This document shows, piece after piece, positions 10,284-20,089 of a stretch of 64,000 bases of DNA; positions within the stretch are counted from its first letter, which is position 1, and the number at the start of each line of letters is the position of its first letter. Below the pieces are notes generated by a model. It ran no database searches. It saw nothing but the letters and a program-made list of their open reading frames with translations, and had not been told where the DNA came from. Location of the stretch: the NCBI GenBank assembly GCA_965215015.1, contig OZ244042.1, positions 4,288,001 to 4,352,000 on the forward strand. Reading direction: 5' to 3'. The translations under genes and the position numbers were made by a program. This DNA is from Candidatus Poribacteria bacterium (GTDB lineage Bacteria; Poribacteria; WGA-4E; PCPOR2b).

Positions 10284-10340
10284 ACGTGATACGTAATGCG
10301 TAATAAGAAGTGTTGGTTCCTTACGTACTACACATTACGC
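10284..10340. repeat. Inverted heptamer repeat element (family E)
   Basis: ACGTGATACGTAATGCGTAATAAG...CTTACGTACTACACATTACGC. Confidence 0.65.
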
Positions 10341-10356
10341 AGAAAAAAACTGCGTA

Positions 10357-11589
10357 TCACGGACGGATTATTGTCCCATCTGCTAGTCTGACATTACCCC
10401 ACGACCAGTTGGAACGTGCGGGGTCTGTGATAGGATACTTCGCCGCCAATTCTTCGTCTATATCTATGCCGAGGCCTGGCTTGCCATTAGACCACATATA
10501 CCCGTTGCGGACTTCAGGGGTGCCCGGAAACACCTCTTTCAGTAGGTCGGTCTGGTAGGGCCCTGCCTCCTGTATACCAAAATTCCACACATTCAGGTCA
10601 AGCATGAGTTGGGCGGCGTGACCTACCGGAGAGACATCCGTGGGACCGTGCCAAGCAGTGCGGATATTGAAGGCTTCACAGAGTGCAGCCAACTTTCGCG
10701 CTGGTGTCAACCCACCGATTTGAGAGACGTGAACACGCATGAAATCGAGCAGTCGATCCTTGACCATCGGAATCATCTCGTGCGGGTTGTTGTATAGCTC
10801 ACCCATAGCAATCGGCGTACTTGTCTGCTCCCGCACCAACCGGAAGTAGTCGTTGTCCTCCGGCGCGAAAAGATCTTCCAAGAAAAAGAGTCTAAACGGT
10901 TCAAGCTCTTTTGCCAAACCGAGACCAATGATAGGCGGGAGACGCTCATGGACATCGTAGATAACCTCAACGTCCCAACCAAAAGTGGAGCGAAAATGTT
11001 CAAAGGCACGCACGATAGCGCGAACAGCTTTCACTGGGTCGTAGATACTGCCTCTCGATTCGGAAACCTTGTTTGTGATGACAGGTTTCTCGCTATGTGG
11101 TGTGTCGTCGGAAAAAAAGCGGTCTGCGCCCCCAAGTTTGAAGTAACGGAAATCATCTTCGATAAGTGCCCAGACATTTTCTTCATACTCTTTGAGGTCG
11201 TTTCCGCCTGGTACGATGTATACAGCAGCAGCCTCCCTTGATTTTCCGCCGAATAGGTCGTAAACGGGCATTCTCGCGACTTTGCCCTTGATGTCCCACA
11301 ATGCTTGGTCTACGCCGCTTATGGCATTGTTGAGGATAGGTCCATTCCGCCAGTAGGAGGACACATTGCACGACTGCCAGATGTCTTCGATGTCGGCCGG
11401 ATCCTTGCCGATGAGAAACGGACGGAGATAATCGTTGACAGCGGTTTCAACGACAAGGGCGCGTTGGGTAAAGGTCGCACAACCCAGGCCGTACAATTCC
11501 GGTTCGTTGGTCTCTATTTTGACCACATTGAGGTTCGCTGTCGGTTGGGTCACAATCACGCGAACATCACGAATCTTTAGGTTGCTCAT
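10357..11589 (-). CDS. Mandelate racemase/enolase superfamily acid-sugar dehydratase (RspA/ManD subgroup)
   Basis: SSYWRNGP, DVHERL, FFLED, AMGE and WHGP.DVSPVG. Confidence 0.9.
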   Translation of the reverse strand: MSNLKIRDVRVIVTQPTANLNVVKIETNEPELYGLGCATFTQRALVVETAVNDYLRPFLIGKDPADIEDIWQSCNVSSYWRNGPILNNAISGVDQALWDIKGKVARMPVYDLFGGKSREAAAVYIVPGGNDLKEYEENVWALIEDDFRYFKLGGADRFFSDDTPHSEKPVITNKVSESRGSIYDPVKAVRAIVRAFEHFRSTFGWDVEVIYDVHERLPPIIGLGLAKELEPFRLFFLEDLFAPEDNDYFRLVREQTSTPIAMGELYNNPHEMIPMVKDRLLDFMRVHVSQIGGLTPARKLAALCEAFNIRTAWHGPTDVSPVGHAAQLMLDLNVWNFGIQEAGPYQTDLLKEVFPGTPEVRNGYMWSNGKPGLGIDIDEELAAKYPITDPARSNWSWGNVRLADGTIIRP

Positions 11590-11609
11590 AGATTCTCCTT
11601 TAATCTACA

Positions 11610-11712
11610 TCAACTCAAGTTACTGAGGTGTATGAAAATCCATCACACCCGTAAGTCGGGCATCTTGCCCTACCCAAAACTCTTTGGGATGACGGTTGGC
11701 AATTTGCGTTAT
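11610..11712. mobile_element. Miniature element, family B, with a REP-like hairpin cargo
   Basis: Ends AACTCAAGTTAC and GCAATTTGCGTTAT. The internal GTAAGTCGGGCATCTTGCCCTAC matches 198-220. Confidence 0.6.
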
Positions 11713-11720
11713 ATTATCTC

Positions 11721-12800
11721 TCACGTTTTAAGGGTGCCGCAGTAAGCACAAGCCAAAATTGGTGAGGGTCCGGCGATTGTCTCCGTCTCAGATCCCAAGT
11801 AAGGCTCATGATTGGTAACACAGTTGGGATTCTCACATGCCCGTTGATCCAATACTATCTCTCTCATCGGCGGTTGCGTCAAAGCCAACTGTTCAAGTCC
11901 CAACAAACTTGCGAGCAACGCCATCCGGATAGGTACGGCGTTTGCCGATTGGTCAAAATACGCCGCACGTACATCCTCATCTAACTCATAAGCCAATTCG
12001 TTGACACGCGGTAACGGGTGCATAATCATCGCATCGGGTTTAGCGTAATCCATTATTGCGACGTCCACAAGGTAGCTCCCCCGCGCATCCTCCGGAGAGA
12101 TATCCGGCGGCAAACGTTCTTCCTGAAGACGATTCACATAGATGACATCCAGCTCGCCAATTACTTCGCTGAGTTGATTCGCCTCAGCCGGTTCCTGACC
12201 GTAGAGATGTTTCAAACGGGTAGAGACCCATTCAGGCATCTGAAATCCTTCAGGCGAAATATGGAGGAGCTTCCCACCAAATCGTGCAACCCCCAGTGCG
12301 AGTGAATGCGCCGCCCGCCCGTATCGCAGATCGCCACAAATGCCGACCATCAGGCCTTCTATCTGGCCTTTCCGTTGCAGGATTGTGTATAAGTCTGTGA
12401 GTGCCTGTGTGGGATGCCTATGGCTGCCATCGCCGCCATTAATCACTGGGACATTGGAATAGCGAGCCATAACATGGGCGGCACCGGCCCAACTGTGACG
12501 CACAACAATCAGGTCTGAATAGTTAGTAACCATGCGGGCGGTATCCGCAATCGTTTCACCCTTTGCAACGGAAGCAGCATCGGGGTCTGCGAAGCCGAGG
12601 GCCCGTCCATCAAGCCGCCCTATCGCACTTTCAAAGGAGAGACGCGTCCGTGTGCTCGGTTCGTAAAAAAGTGTTGCCAATAGTTTGCCTTTACAGAAGC
12701 CGGACCATGTAGCCAGCTGCGTCCGCATCTGATCTGCGAGTCGAAAAATCTGTTCAATTTCAAAGTTGGATAAGTCATCAAGCGCGATGAGATGTCTCAT
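11721..12800 (-). CDS. pyrB: Aspartate carbamoyltransferase with a C-terminal PyrI-like Zn-ribbon
   Basis: FYEPSTRT, HPTQ and MHPLPR; tail CENPNCVTN...CAYC. Confidence 0.93.
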   Translation of the reverse strand: MRHLIALDDLSNFEIEQIFRLADQMRTQLATWSGFCKGKLLATLFYEPSTRTRLSFESAIGRLDGRALGFADPDAASVAKGETIADTARMVTNYSDLIVVRHSWAGAAHVMARYSNVPVINGGDGSHRHPTQALTDLYTILQRKGQIEGLMVGICGDLRYGRAAHSLALGVARFGGKLLHISPEGFQMPEWVSTRLKHLYGQEPAEANQLSEVIGELDVIYVNRLQEERLPPDISPEDARGSYLVDVAIMDYAKPDAMIMHPLPRVNELAYELDEDVRAAYFDQSANAVPIRMALLASLLGLEQLALTQPPMREIVLDQRACENPNCVTNHEPYLGSETETIAGPSPILACAYCGTLKT

Positions 12801-12844
12801 AGGCTCCTTATTGATGATATTGAATCGGTTTATAGGTTAGTAGA

Positions 12845-12877
12845 ATAACTCAAGTTGCTAGGTATTGAAAATCCATC
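12845..12877. repeat. Solo end of a family-B element
   Basis: ATAACTCAAGTTGCTAGGTATTGAAAATCCATC matches the end at 11610. Confidence 0.6.
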
Positions 12878-12932
12878 GGTCCTCTGTTAAGGTTGAACCC
12901 CTTGACCTTTCACTCCAGTTGTAATGAACCAA

Positions 12933-13856
12933 TTACGTTTTCAGACTTCCCACCAATTCTGTGATTGAACGTATCCCATGCCGTTCTAGATATTCTTCGA
13001 TGCCGTCTATTACATCCAAAGAGGCACATGGATTGATGAAGTTTGCTGTCCCGACAGCAACAGCGGAAGCTCCCGCGATACAAAACTCGATAGCATCGTC
13101 GCCGGTCATGATGCCGCCCATGCCGATGATTGGAATGCTGACAGCATTATAGACCTGCCAGACCATGCACAAAGCGATCGGCTTGATTGCGGGCCCCGAA
13201 AGCCCTCCTGTCACGTTGGCAAGCTGTGGCCGACGGGTGTTGATGTTAATCGCCATGCCTAGAGCGGTGTTAATCACGGAAAGCCCATCGGCACCGGCGC
13301 CCTCCGCAGCACGGGCAATGACGGTAATATCTGTGACGTTTGGCGAGAGTTTAACCAGTAGCGGTAGGCTAGTTTTCTCTCTAACACCTTTAACGAGCTC
13401 ATCGGTCAACTTTGGGTCAACACCAAAACTCATCCCACCACAATGGAGATTTGGGCAGGAGATGTTGAGTTCGATTGCCGCAACTCCATCGGCAGCGTCC
13501 AACTTTTCTGTGACCTCCAAATACTCTTCCACCTGCTCACCGCAGATGTTGACAATGACGGGAACATCAAAGTTGCGGAGGTAAGGCAGCTTTTTATCGA
13601 TAAACCCCTCCACGCCAACATTTTGCAGCCCGATTGCGTTGAGCATACCCGACGGCGTTTCAAAGATTCGTGGCATCGAATTTCCCGCCCACGGCACATT
13701 GGTAATGCCTTTGACAACGACCGCACCAAGCCGGTTCAAGTCAACGAAGTCCACGTACTCACTGCCATAACCAAAAGTCCCCGATGCTGTCATGACAGGG
13801 TTTTTCATCTGGATGCCGGCGATATTAACTTCAAGTGAAGGCTGAATGTCACTCAT
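12933..13856 (-). CDS. pyrD: Dihydroorotate dehydrogenase B catalytic subunit
   Basis: [26 protein letters not shown] and [10 protein letters not shown]. Start moved to the ATG at 13856, which has an RBS. Confidence 0.96.
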   Translation of the reverse strand: MSDIQPSLEVNIAGIQMKNPVMTASGTFGYGSEYVDFVDLNRLGAVVVKGITNVPWAGNSMPRIFETPSGMLNAIGLQNVGVEGFIDKKLPYLRNFDVPVIVNICGEQVEEYLEVTEKLDAADGVAAIELNISCPNLHCGGMSFGVDPKLTDELVKGVREKTSLPLLVKLSPNVTDITVIARAAEGAGADGLSVINTALGMAININTRRPQLANVTGGLSGPAIKPIALCMVWQVYNAVSIPIIGMGGIMTGDDAIEFCIAGASAVAVGTANFINPCASLDVIDGIEEYLERHGIRSITELVGSLKT

Positions 13857-13866
13857 TTTTCCACCC

Positions 13867-14208
13867 TCATTCCGCATATAGGGCATCTGTTTTGGCAGCC
13901 ATAATGAAATCGTTCCGATGCAGCCCTCTGATTTTATGCGTCCACCATGTGACAGTCACCCTTCCCCATTCGGTCAAGAGCGCGGGATGGTGTCCTTCCT
14001 CCTCCGCCAGCTCTCCCACACGGTTTGTAAATGCTAATGCCTGTGCAAAACCATCAAATCGGAAAAGACGTTCCAACCGCTTAATTTTATCGCGCTCAAT
14101 CAATTCCCATTCGGAAACTTGCGGGTAATATTCTGCAATCTCTGCCTCAGTAACCTTTGGTGCGTCCCGACGGCAGGCAACACATTTCATCCCTGTTAAC
14201 CCTTCCAT
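13867..14208 (-). CDS. phhB: Pterin-4-alpha-carbinolamine dehydratase
   Basis: [23 protein letters not shown]. Confidence 0.93.
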   Translation of the reverse strand: MEGLTGMKCVACRRDAPKVTEAEIAEYYPQVSEWELIERDKIKRLERLFRFDGFAQALAFTNRVGELAEEEGHHPALLTEWGRVTVTWWTHKIRGLHRNDFIMAAKTDALYAE

Positions 14209-14231
14209 GATTAATCTCCTTTTAAATTAAA

Positions 14232-14364
14232 TTCTGTTGACATTTGATAAATTGAATCAATCCAGATGCACTTGAAATGATTTCAGGCAACCGCCCCGGC
14301 AGTTGGCGAACTGTTCGGCGATTCCAGCATCCCCTTTGGCAGCAGCCAAATGTCAACGCGCTCT
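14232..14364. mobile_element. Miniature element, family C
   Basis: Inverted ends TTCTGTTGACATTTG and CAAATGTCAACGCGCTCT. Confidence 0.65.
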
Positions 14365-14385
14365 CCCCTTTTTAGGGTTCACGCT

Positions 14386-15213
14386 TCACCAAATAATATC
14401 CTCAGCGTTAAACACAGGTCCCTCGGTACAAACCCGTTGATATTCAAATCCGCCTCCCGGTATTTGCACTTTGCAGACGCAACCGAGGCAGACCCCCAGC
14501 GCGCACCCCATCCGATTCTCCATCGCCAATTGTGTGGGAATACGATAATCCCGCGCAATTTTTGTAACGGCATATAACATCCCATCGGGGCCACAAGCGT
14601 AGATGATAGGATTTTGCAGATCATGGGTTTCTAGGATATACGTAAGCAGCTCGGTGACAAATCCATGATGTCCTACACTGCCATCATCCGTTGCAATATG
14701 TGTCTCCACACCAATTGCTTTTAAATCCTCTACACTTAACAAGCGCAACTGGTTCATCGATCCGACCAAGCCAAGCGTGCGCGCCTCCGCATTTCGTAAT
14801 GCAATGGCAAGCAGCATCAACGATGCTATTCCTGCACCACCCCCAACGATTATGGCGGGACTAGGAACTGGCGGAATCTCGAAGGTGTTTCCAAGCGGTC
14901 CCAGCACACGGATCGAATCGCCCCACTTTAAGCTGGACAACACAGTTGTTCCCTCACCAATGAGCTGGTAGAGCATGGTGATCTGATTACCTTCAACCGT
15001 GTAGATTGTAAACGGACGGCGAAGGAGTAATCCACTACCTTGTGGGATGAGAACGTGGATGAACTGTCCGGGGAGTGCACTCGCAGCAATCTCCGGGCAC
15101 GAACAACGCAATAGATAATGGTTTTCGGCAACCAGCTCATTAGAGATGACTTCTGTAGAAAGGTCAAATTTTTTAGCGGGAGTCAGCATCGGATTTATGT
15201 CACTGCAAGTCAA
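14386..15213 (-). CDS. pyrK: Dihydroorotate dehydrogenase electron transfer subunit
   Basis: PGQF, RRPF, GPLGN, GGGAGIA and MGCALGVCLGC...C.EGPVF. Confidence 0.93.
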   Translation of the reverse strand: MTCSDINPMLTPAKKFDLSTEVISNELVAENHYLLRCSCPEIAASALPGQFIHVLIPQGSGLLLRRPFTIYTVEGNQITMLYQLIGEGTTVLSSLKWGDSIRVLGPLGNTFEIPPVPSPAIIVGGGAGIASLMLLAIALRNAEARTLGLVGSMNQLRLLSVEDLKAIGVETHIATDDGSVGHHGFVTELLTYILETHDLQNPIIYACGPDGMLYAVTKIARDYRIPTQLAMENRMGCALGVCLGCVCKVQIPGGGFEYQRVCTEGPVFNAEDIIW

Positions 15214-15325
15214 ACGTGGAGGTTCTTTACATTTTCAGAGGGAGTTCCCCCATCAAGCCCGAAGAACATTGATAATTTTACCCTGTTTTAAAAATAAACG
15301 CAACCGTTTTCCCGAATCACTAAAA

Positions 15326-15705
15326 ATAACGCAAGTAGCTAGTTATTAGGAAGTGTTGCGAACCGCACTGGGAGTCAATCCCCGCTCGAAGTGGATTGAC
15401 AAATCCACTGCACAAAATACCTAACACGATGGGGCGACAATCCTGGCTTAATCCGCCCGGAACATTGCGCTATGGTCCGGGGACTTATGGCTTGGGTATG
15501 CGTACTCAAGTCTTAGACTCTCGGCGAAGTCGGATCCGAGCGGATTTGACAACCAGCAGCTTAAGTTAAAAATCTGCAAAGAGATTTCCGGTAACGTAGA
15601 AATTTTGTTGTATTTTTGCGAAATCGTGCTATAATCTTTGGCGGCTACCATTATAATTCGAGGTGCCGCCTTACTCGGGAAGGAATAGGCAACAACCTGA
15701 GTTAT
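15326..15705. mobile_element. Probable composite family-B element
   Basis: Ends ATAACGCAAGTAGCTAG and CAACCTGAGTTAT. Contains the module GGCTTAATCCGCCCGGAACATTGCGC shared with 19899 and 52770. Confidence 0.5.
15608..15635 (+). promoter_or_regulatory. Candidate sigma-70 promoter
   Basis: TTGTAT-N16-TATAAT with an extended -10 (TGCTATAAT). Confidence 0.4.
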
Positions 15706-16037
15706 TATAGCAGTTTGATTATCAAAAATCCTTTAGGATTGGCTTTTCTTGGTTTCAAAAACATTTGGGTGTATAATTGACCTATAGCCATACCTCCTGC
15801 CGAAAAACGGTTATCAGGGGTAAAAACCGAGGCGGCTTTCTGATACTGGGACAGCAGTGTGTTGTAGGCGGTATGGCTGTCCAAATAAATCGGGACGAAT
15901 GGGCAGGGCATTGTTCATTGCAGTAACGGATGTCAAACGGGCTTCGGATCGCTACCCGTGTTGATAGGACAATTCGACACCTAAAGGAACGGGTAGGATT
16001 TAGGTGTGGGAGTATATCAAAAAGGAAGGAGAAACAG

Positions 16038-16739
16038 ATGGGTAGAAAGATTGAACAGTTATTTCGTGCACCTTACGGTGTACCCAACGGCTTGCAAGCG
16101 ACAGATGAGGGGTTGTGGATCGCGGACCAAATCACCGATCGGGTGGCGTTGGTGGAGATTACCGAAGCCTCGGATTATGGAGTGACCAAACTTATCCGGG
16201 ATATTCCGAGTGATTGCTCTAACACCAGCGGCATGGCTTATGGCGGTGAGGCGCTCTGGTTAGCGGCGAATGGCCCTGGAGACAGGTGGCGTCCAGCACG
16301 ACCAAACGACGCAAAACCGGGGATGGGAGAAATCATTAAGACCGATCCGCACACCGGAGAATGCCTCGGTCGGTATCCGATACCGGATGGCGGTGGCACG
16401 CACGGTGTGGAATACGATCATTACGAAGAGGGGTATCTCTGGGTCGAAACGCTGAAAAACCAGATTATGCATAAAGTGCGGATTTCAGATTGGTCTGTTC
16501 AGCACTCGATTCCGTTACCGTACGGACGGGGACACGGTGTCGTACGGGTGGAGGACGGCATTTGGGTCGTGCACACCTCCGACCGGGTAATCGTCAAACT
16601 CGATTTGGACAATGGTGCAGAACTAGATCGGATCGAGGTGCCGGAGGACGCCCCTGAGCCGCATGGTCTGTCAATCTACGGGGATGATTTCCTCTACTGC
16701 GACGCCACATCTGGATGGATAACGAAGGTTTCAGTATAA
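16038..16739 (+). CDS. Beta-propeller protein (glutamine cyclotransferase/Vgb-like)
   Basis: RBS AAGGAGA before the ATG at 16038; repeated P[N/H]GL...LW blades. Confidence 0.75.
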   Translation: MGRKIEQLFRAPYGVPNGLQATDEGLWIADQITDRVALVEITEASDYGVTKLIRDIPSDCSNTSGMAYGGEALWLAANGPGDRWRPARPNDAKPGMGEIIKTDPHTGECLGRYPIPDGGGTHGVEYDHYEEGYLWVETLKNQIMHKVRISDWSVQHSIPLPYGRGHGVVRVEDGIWVVHTSDRVIVKLDLDNGAELDRIEVPEDAPEPHGLSIYGDDFLYCDATSGWITKVSV

Positions 16740-16774
16740 ACGGGACGAGTCAAGGCGTATATCCAAAGGTACGG

Positions 16775-17248
16775 GTTAGAAAACAACTCCTGACCTTTTT
16801 CTAAAATGACCGGTGCCTTGAGGCCCTTCCCATCCGGGAGCTTGATGAACTGTGCCCCCATCTCATCCGCGGACCACGACCGATCCGGTATTTCCTGCAG
16901 CGGATTTGGGGTTATCAAGATCGCGGCGTGTGGGGCCCCAGTCGTATTTTTGCCACCACTTCTGGTGAGAGTATCTGCACCTCCACCCGCTTTTTTAGTG
17001 CGGCAGGGACCTCATCCGCGGTTACCAGGAAAGGAATTTTCCATCCGCGGCAGGCTTGCGATTGCGGCTGGCCTATACTCAAGGGGTAAGACATCTTTAT
17101 CAAGAGATCGTTCAAATGCCACCGCTCTCAATATAAATTCCTCAGACCCCACACGGTTTTTATAAACTCGATACCCGACATAGCAGACTGAAAGCAATAC
17201 AATACAACCGACTGTCATGATACTAGGCAGATGCCGATGTCTAAACAT
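16775..17248 (-). pseudogene. Disrupted membrane-anchored hypothetical protein
   Basis: Strong RBS (AGGAGG) and an N-terminal TM helix. Coding-like sequence continues past the TGA at 17012 in two frames. Confidence 0.5.
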
Positions 17249-17267
17249 GCTATCCCCTCCTTCTCAA

Positions 17268-17661
17268 TCAGTTATTATTGGTACTGCAACCCGAATACGA
17301 GCAAAGCCCTGTCGAGAAAGTAACTCTGGCCCGGCTGTTTGGGTTGGTATTGCTATACTGGTTCGACCCTTGTAAATTCCGGTTCATGTGGTAATAGATC
17401 TCAGTATTCCAGCCCTGAACCTCCCACCGCGTGCCCTTTATCACGCGCGCGATAATAACAGGTATCCCACGTTACCTCTGTAGTGAGCTTGCTACTGCTG
17501 AGCACCTCTATTCTTTCGGAGTTCCGCGTCATTTGGATAGGGATTGATAACCGATTATGACTATAGACATCATACACCTGAAAAACAGCATACTACCCAA
17601 CTACGGCTGCCAACATTCCGCTAATAAAAAACATTACTTTGAAACGTCGTGAAGCCAACAT
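17268..17661 (-). pseudogene. Disrupted small secreted hypothetical protein
   Basis: MLASRRFKVMFFISGMLAAVVG*YAVF...TCYYRARDKGH, then a frameshift to GWNTEIYYHM...CSYSGCSTNNN*, ending just before the next RBS. Confidence 0.55.
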
Positions 17662-17690
17662 CATTCATCCACCTTGAAAAGTTATTGGAA

Positions 17691-17703
17691 TAGGACTTAC
17701 GCA
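17691..17703 (+). repeat. Solo family-A-like end
   Basis: TAGGACTTACGCA with no partner end found. Confidence 0.45.
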
Positions 17704-18032
17704 AAATGAATAGACATAATGGGTGAAACAGAGTAGAATGAGCGGCATGGCGGAAAATATGACTCAACCCACTCGATTCCTATCAGTATCTGCTCAGCAG
17801 TTCCCTCAACTATACCTGAGGGGTGCTCACAATAATTGTTTGAATCGCGGATTCAGCAGAGCCTGTTTGAAAAGTCGTTTAATTCAGCAAACTTCTCGAT
17901 GATTTTATTTGTATCCAGATTGACAATTCCAATGCGGTTCGACTATCAAACGCGGAATCGTGCCAGCCGGCAAGAAGTAGGGTTATCTAACGTCATGCGA
18001 GAATTTCCTATCCCTGTCCCGTCTTGCTGCTT

Positions 18033-19157
18033 TTATTTCCCTTCTTGAGGTACTCCCCACGCTTCCCCAGAAAACGTTACGTTTGTAGCTACTGTGGAAG
18101 TTAGAATAAACGATTGACCCCCAGTAATTGGGTTGTCCCCATCATCACCTACTCTGCCGATTGTTTTGAACTGACCGTCATCCTCAACGATAATGGCAAC
18201 AATTATAGGCACGGCAAGCAATAAATTGCTTACTGAATATGAGGGAAAAAGAGGTTTTCGGGGGATGCCTATGAAACTCGTTCCACTATGTATATGGACT
18301 GAAGAATCAAGTGCCTCTCCCGTCAATCGTAGGGTCATCGCATTATTCATAAAAGCAATAACCCCTTCATAACTTCGCAAACTCCTGTCTGCAGTCCTAT
18401 CCCCGAAATAGTTCTCCCAGCTTTGGGTATCGTGATCGAAGGCCCTGAGATAGCTGACTTCTGTCAGCACATCGTACAAGTCCCCTAGGGTTTCAATGCT
18501 GATTGCTTGTCCGTCAACAGATTTGACCTTTAAGGGGATATGAATGAAATTCATGCCTTCATGGACAGTCAGGTCGAAATGAAACTGTAATGCGGTGGTC
18601 GTCCCGGCAAGGGCCCGGCTCCCTCCGAGACCATTGGTGACATCCCTAAGTTCGTCATGGTCCTCATCGTGGTAGTCATTGTGGTCATGGTCGTAGTCCT
18701 CATCATCCTCGTAGTCGTCGTTGTGGTCATGGTCGTGGTCCTCATCATCATCCTCGTAGTCGTCATTGTGGTCATGGTCGTAGTCCTCATCATCATCCTC
18801 GTAGTCGTCATCACGATCTTGTGCACTCTGGCTATACATGTTGTAATCCGGCTTTTGGGCTGTTGGGTAAATCACTACCCTGTTGCTAGAACCACTTAGA
18901 CTAGAGTTAATCGCTCCATCTTCACCGGAGTTGTGCTGCTCTAATGTATCCTTTTCAGGGGCTTTCGTGTTACCGGTTTTCTTTAGATGTTCATCGTCAA
19001 GAGTGTCCAAACCAACATCGTAGGTCAAGGGGTTATGGGGCTCACTTTCCTCATTTATATCTAGACGATCCGATCCTCGGTGTTTGATTGCACAACCTAT
19101 CACTATAAACAGCAGACATGTTGTAATACTTAGATATTTGTTTAATCTTGTAGACAC
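18033..19157 (-). CDS. Lipoprotein with an Asp/His-rich tandem repeat and a C-terminal beta-rich domain
   Basis: AGGAGG RBS plus GTG; lipobox VIGC; (DDYEDDDEDYDHDHN)x3; two internal G.n.I.IP repeats. Confidence 0.8.
   Translation of the reverse strand: MSTRLNKYLSITTCLLFIVIGCAIKHRGSDRLDINEESEPHNPLTYDVGLDTLDDEHLKKTGNTKAPEKDTLEQHNSGEDGAINSSLSGSSNRVVIYPTAQKPDYNMYSQSAQDRDDDYEDDDEDYDHDHNDDYEDDDEDHDHDHNDDYEDDEDYDHDHNDYHDEDHDELRDVTNGLGGSRALAGTTTALQFHFDLTVHEGMNFIHIPLKVKSVDGQAISIETLGDLYDVLTEVSYLRAFDHDTQSWENYFGDRTADRSLRSYEGVIAFMNNAMTLRLTGEALDSSVHIHSGTSFIGIPRKPLFPSYSVSNLLLAVPIIVAIIVEDDGQFKTIGRVGDDGDNPITGGQSFILTSTVATNVTFSGEAWGVPQEGK
18651..18812 (-). repeat. Coding tandem repeat, 42-45-bp unit, about 3.5 copies
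   Basis: Unit encodes DDYEDD(D)ED(Y/H)DHDHN. Confidence 0.9.
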
Positions 19158-19231
19158 TAGCTATTTCCTCCTATTAGCTGCTTCGTATTCCACCTGTAAA
19201 AAACATGAAAAAGAAGCATATTTGATAAAGC

Positions 19232-19735
19232 TCAGTTGTTTTTAGCACCTTCATTGATCCAATCAATGATAAGTTGCATCTGGGCTTCCTCCAAAGGAGG
19301 CCCATTAGGGGGCATCTTGCCTTCAACAATCTGTTCCACCAACTCGCTCTCTTTTGCATCGCCTACAATAATGACCGCGCCATCTTCTCCACCCACTTTG
19401 AGGGTTTTATAGGTACGGAGATCTATACCGTCTGGTCCCCCAGCGACATGGCAGCCTACAAAGGCACATCGGTTCGTAAGGATAGGCAAGATATCTGCGT
19501 TAAAAGAGGGACTCGGTCTGCCGGCATCCGCGGGGTTGTCAAATATAACACCGAGACCATTGGCGACAGCCCTAAGTTCGTCATGGTCCTCATCGTGGTC
19601 GTCATGATCGTGGTCATCATCGTGATAGTCATCATCGTAGCCATGGTCGTCATACTCGTCACCACAACCGATCAACCCAACCGAAATCAGTAATGTAATT
19701 AAAAATAAAATTTTAGCAATATGTAATAGTTTCAA
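19232..19735 (-). CDS. Lipoprotein with an Asp/His-rich tract and a planctomycete-type cytochrome c domain
   Basis: Lipobox LIGC; SFNADILPILTNRCAFVGCH...MPP...IIDWINEGA. Confidence 0.85.
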   Translation of the reverse strand: MKLLHIAKILFLITLLISVGLIGCGDEYDDHGYDDDYHDDDHDHDDHDEDHDELRAVANGLGVIFDNPADAGRPSPSFNADILPILTNRCAFVGCHVAGGPDGIDLRTYKTLKVGGEDGAVIIVGDAKESELVEQIVEGKMPPNGPPLEEAQMQLIIDWINEGAKNN

Positions 19736-19748
19736 ACTTGAACCTCCT

Positions 19749-19970
19749 TAGGAGTTACGCTCTTGAGCTTGTCGTAACACTATTCAACGTAGCCGCCCGC
19801 GGGATCGGGCGTTGAGCGGCAGGTTCACCGGCGATGAATCGTCGAGGATACCATGACTTTAGCACATGAGAATACCAGACACCGTTCGCCACACGATTGG
19901 CTCAATCCGCCCGGAACATTGCGCGCCCTTTTCTGGTATTGGCTTCGAGGGTTCAACCGCGTAAGTCCTA
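19749..19970 (-). mobile_element. Miniature element, family A, flanked by a CCTCCT direct repeat
   Basis: Ends TAGGAGTTACGCTCTTGAG and TTCAACCGCGTAAGTCCTA; CCTCCT at 19743-19748 and 19971-19976. Confidence 0.8.
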
Positions 19971-20089
19971 CCTCCTTTAAGTGCTCGTATATCAATTATT
20001 GTGAATTCGCCGTTTTGAATATCCATATTCCCCTTTACAGGGGTTAGGCAATACCAATCAATCCAGTTAAGGTAGCGAACATAATGACC

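Noticed and set aside
18651-18812. CRISPR-like array
   Set aside because: Contiguous in-frame coding repeats with no unique spacers and no cas genes.
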